NCBI GenBank assembly: GCA_034189805.1
Contig: JAXHUC010000042.1
Coordinates: 22,111-28,177 of the forward strand
Reading direction: 5' to 3'
DNA: 6,067 nt
DNA from: Cyanobacteriota bacterium
GTDB lineage: Bacteria > Cyanobacteriota > Cyanobacteriia > Cyanobacteriales > Geitlerinemataceae
The notes under the pieces were generated by a model. It saw nothing but the letters and a program-made list of their open reading frames with translations, was not told where the DNA came from and searched no databases. The translations under genes were made by a program, and so were the position numbers. Shown piece after piece: positions 5,910 through 6,067 of the stretch; positions within the stretch are counted from its first letter, which is position 1; every line of letters starts with the position of its first letter.

Positions 5910-6067
5910 AAACCGATCGTTCCTTCTTCGATGGGTAACGCCTTAATCTCGGCTTTACGTTTAAGCATAGTTTATTTAATCGATCTACTCACCGCCGGAG
6001 GACAGGGCGAAGCGTAGCAGAGGGTTGAAACCCATTAATTTTGGTCAGTTCGGATTGAGTTTTCCCC

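Noticed and set aside
5784-6067. The + ORF 5784-6017 (77 aa) and a possible C-terminal fragment of a minus-strand gene (frame open 6066-5992, stop TGA at 5991-5989, GKTQSELTKINGFQPSATLRPVLRR*).
   Set aside because: The + ORF mostly runs antisense through the nadB 5' end. The minus fragment is only 25 codons with no recognisable motif, which is not enough evidence to annotate it. The neighbouring sequence would be needed.
1-6067. A search for mobile-element, defence-island or toxin-antitoxin signatures (transposase or integrase motifs, long terminal inverted repeats, tRNA attachment sites, an abrupt composition change).
   Set aside because: None was found. HIP1/CGATCG density is similar across genes and spacers, and all confident genes are housekeeping or envelope-type. 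The window therefore does not look like an accessory island.

Overview
This window looks like ordinary cyanobacterial chromosome. CGATCG hexamers occur about 30 times by eye, and there are five perfect HIP1 octamers (GCGATCGC). I can support five protein genes. They are the 3' end of a kinesin-light-chain-type TPR protein (2-322, +), an M48 zinc metallopeptidase (944-1798, +), a DUF456 membrane protein (1858-2400, +), a stand-alone FIST sensor-domain protein (2794-4080, +) and L-aspartate oxidase NadB (4197-5909, -, GTG start). I see no transposase, integrase, CRISPR array, tRNA/rRNA or recognisable defence or toxin genes, so I cannot honestly name a novel multi-gene system here. The unexplained sequence is all intergenic. 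(a) The 620-bp stretch 323-943 holds a 43-codon ORF whose ATG overlaps the TPR stop codon (TGATG). It stops in the middle of a hydrophobic helix, while the -1 frame stays open for 43 more protein-like codons, so it may be a frameshifted or recoded 86-aa membrane-anchored protein. (b) A 9 x 9-bp tandem array (CCGTTTCCC) sits beside a G-run block, and both match G-quadruplex/i-motif patterns. (c) A short G-rich element ending in GGGGGAGAATRAATGCAA occurs three times. Two copies are inverted between the convergent FIST and nadB genes, and one of them contains the nadB stop codon. All family calls come from motif recognition by eye, and no database search was possible.
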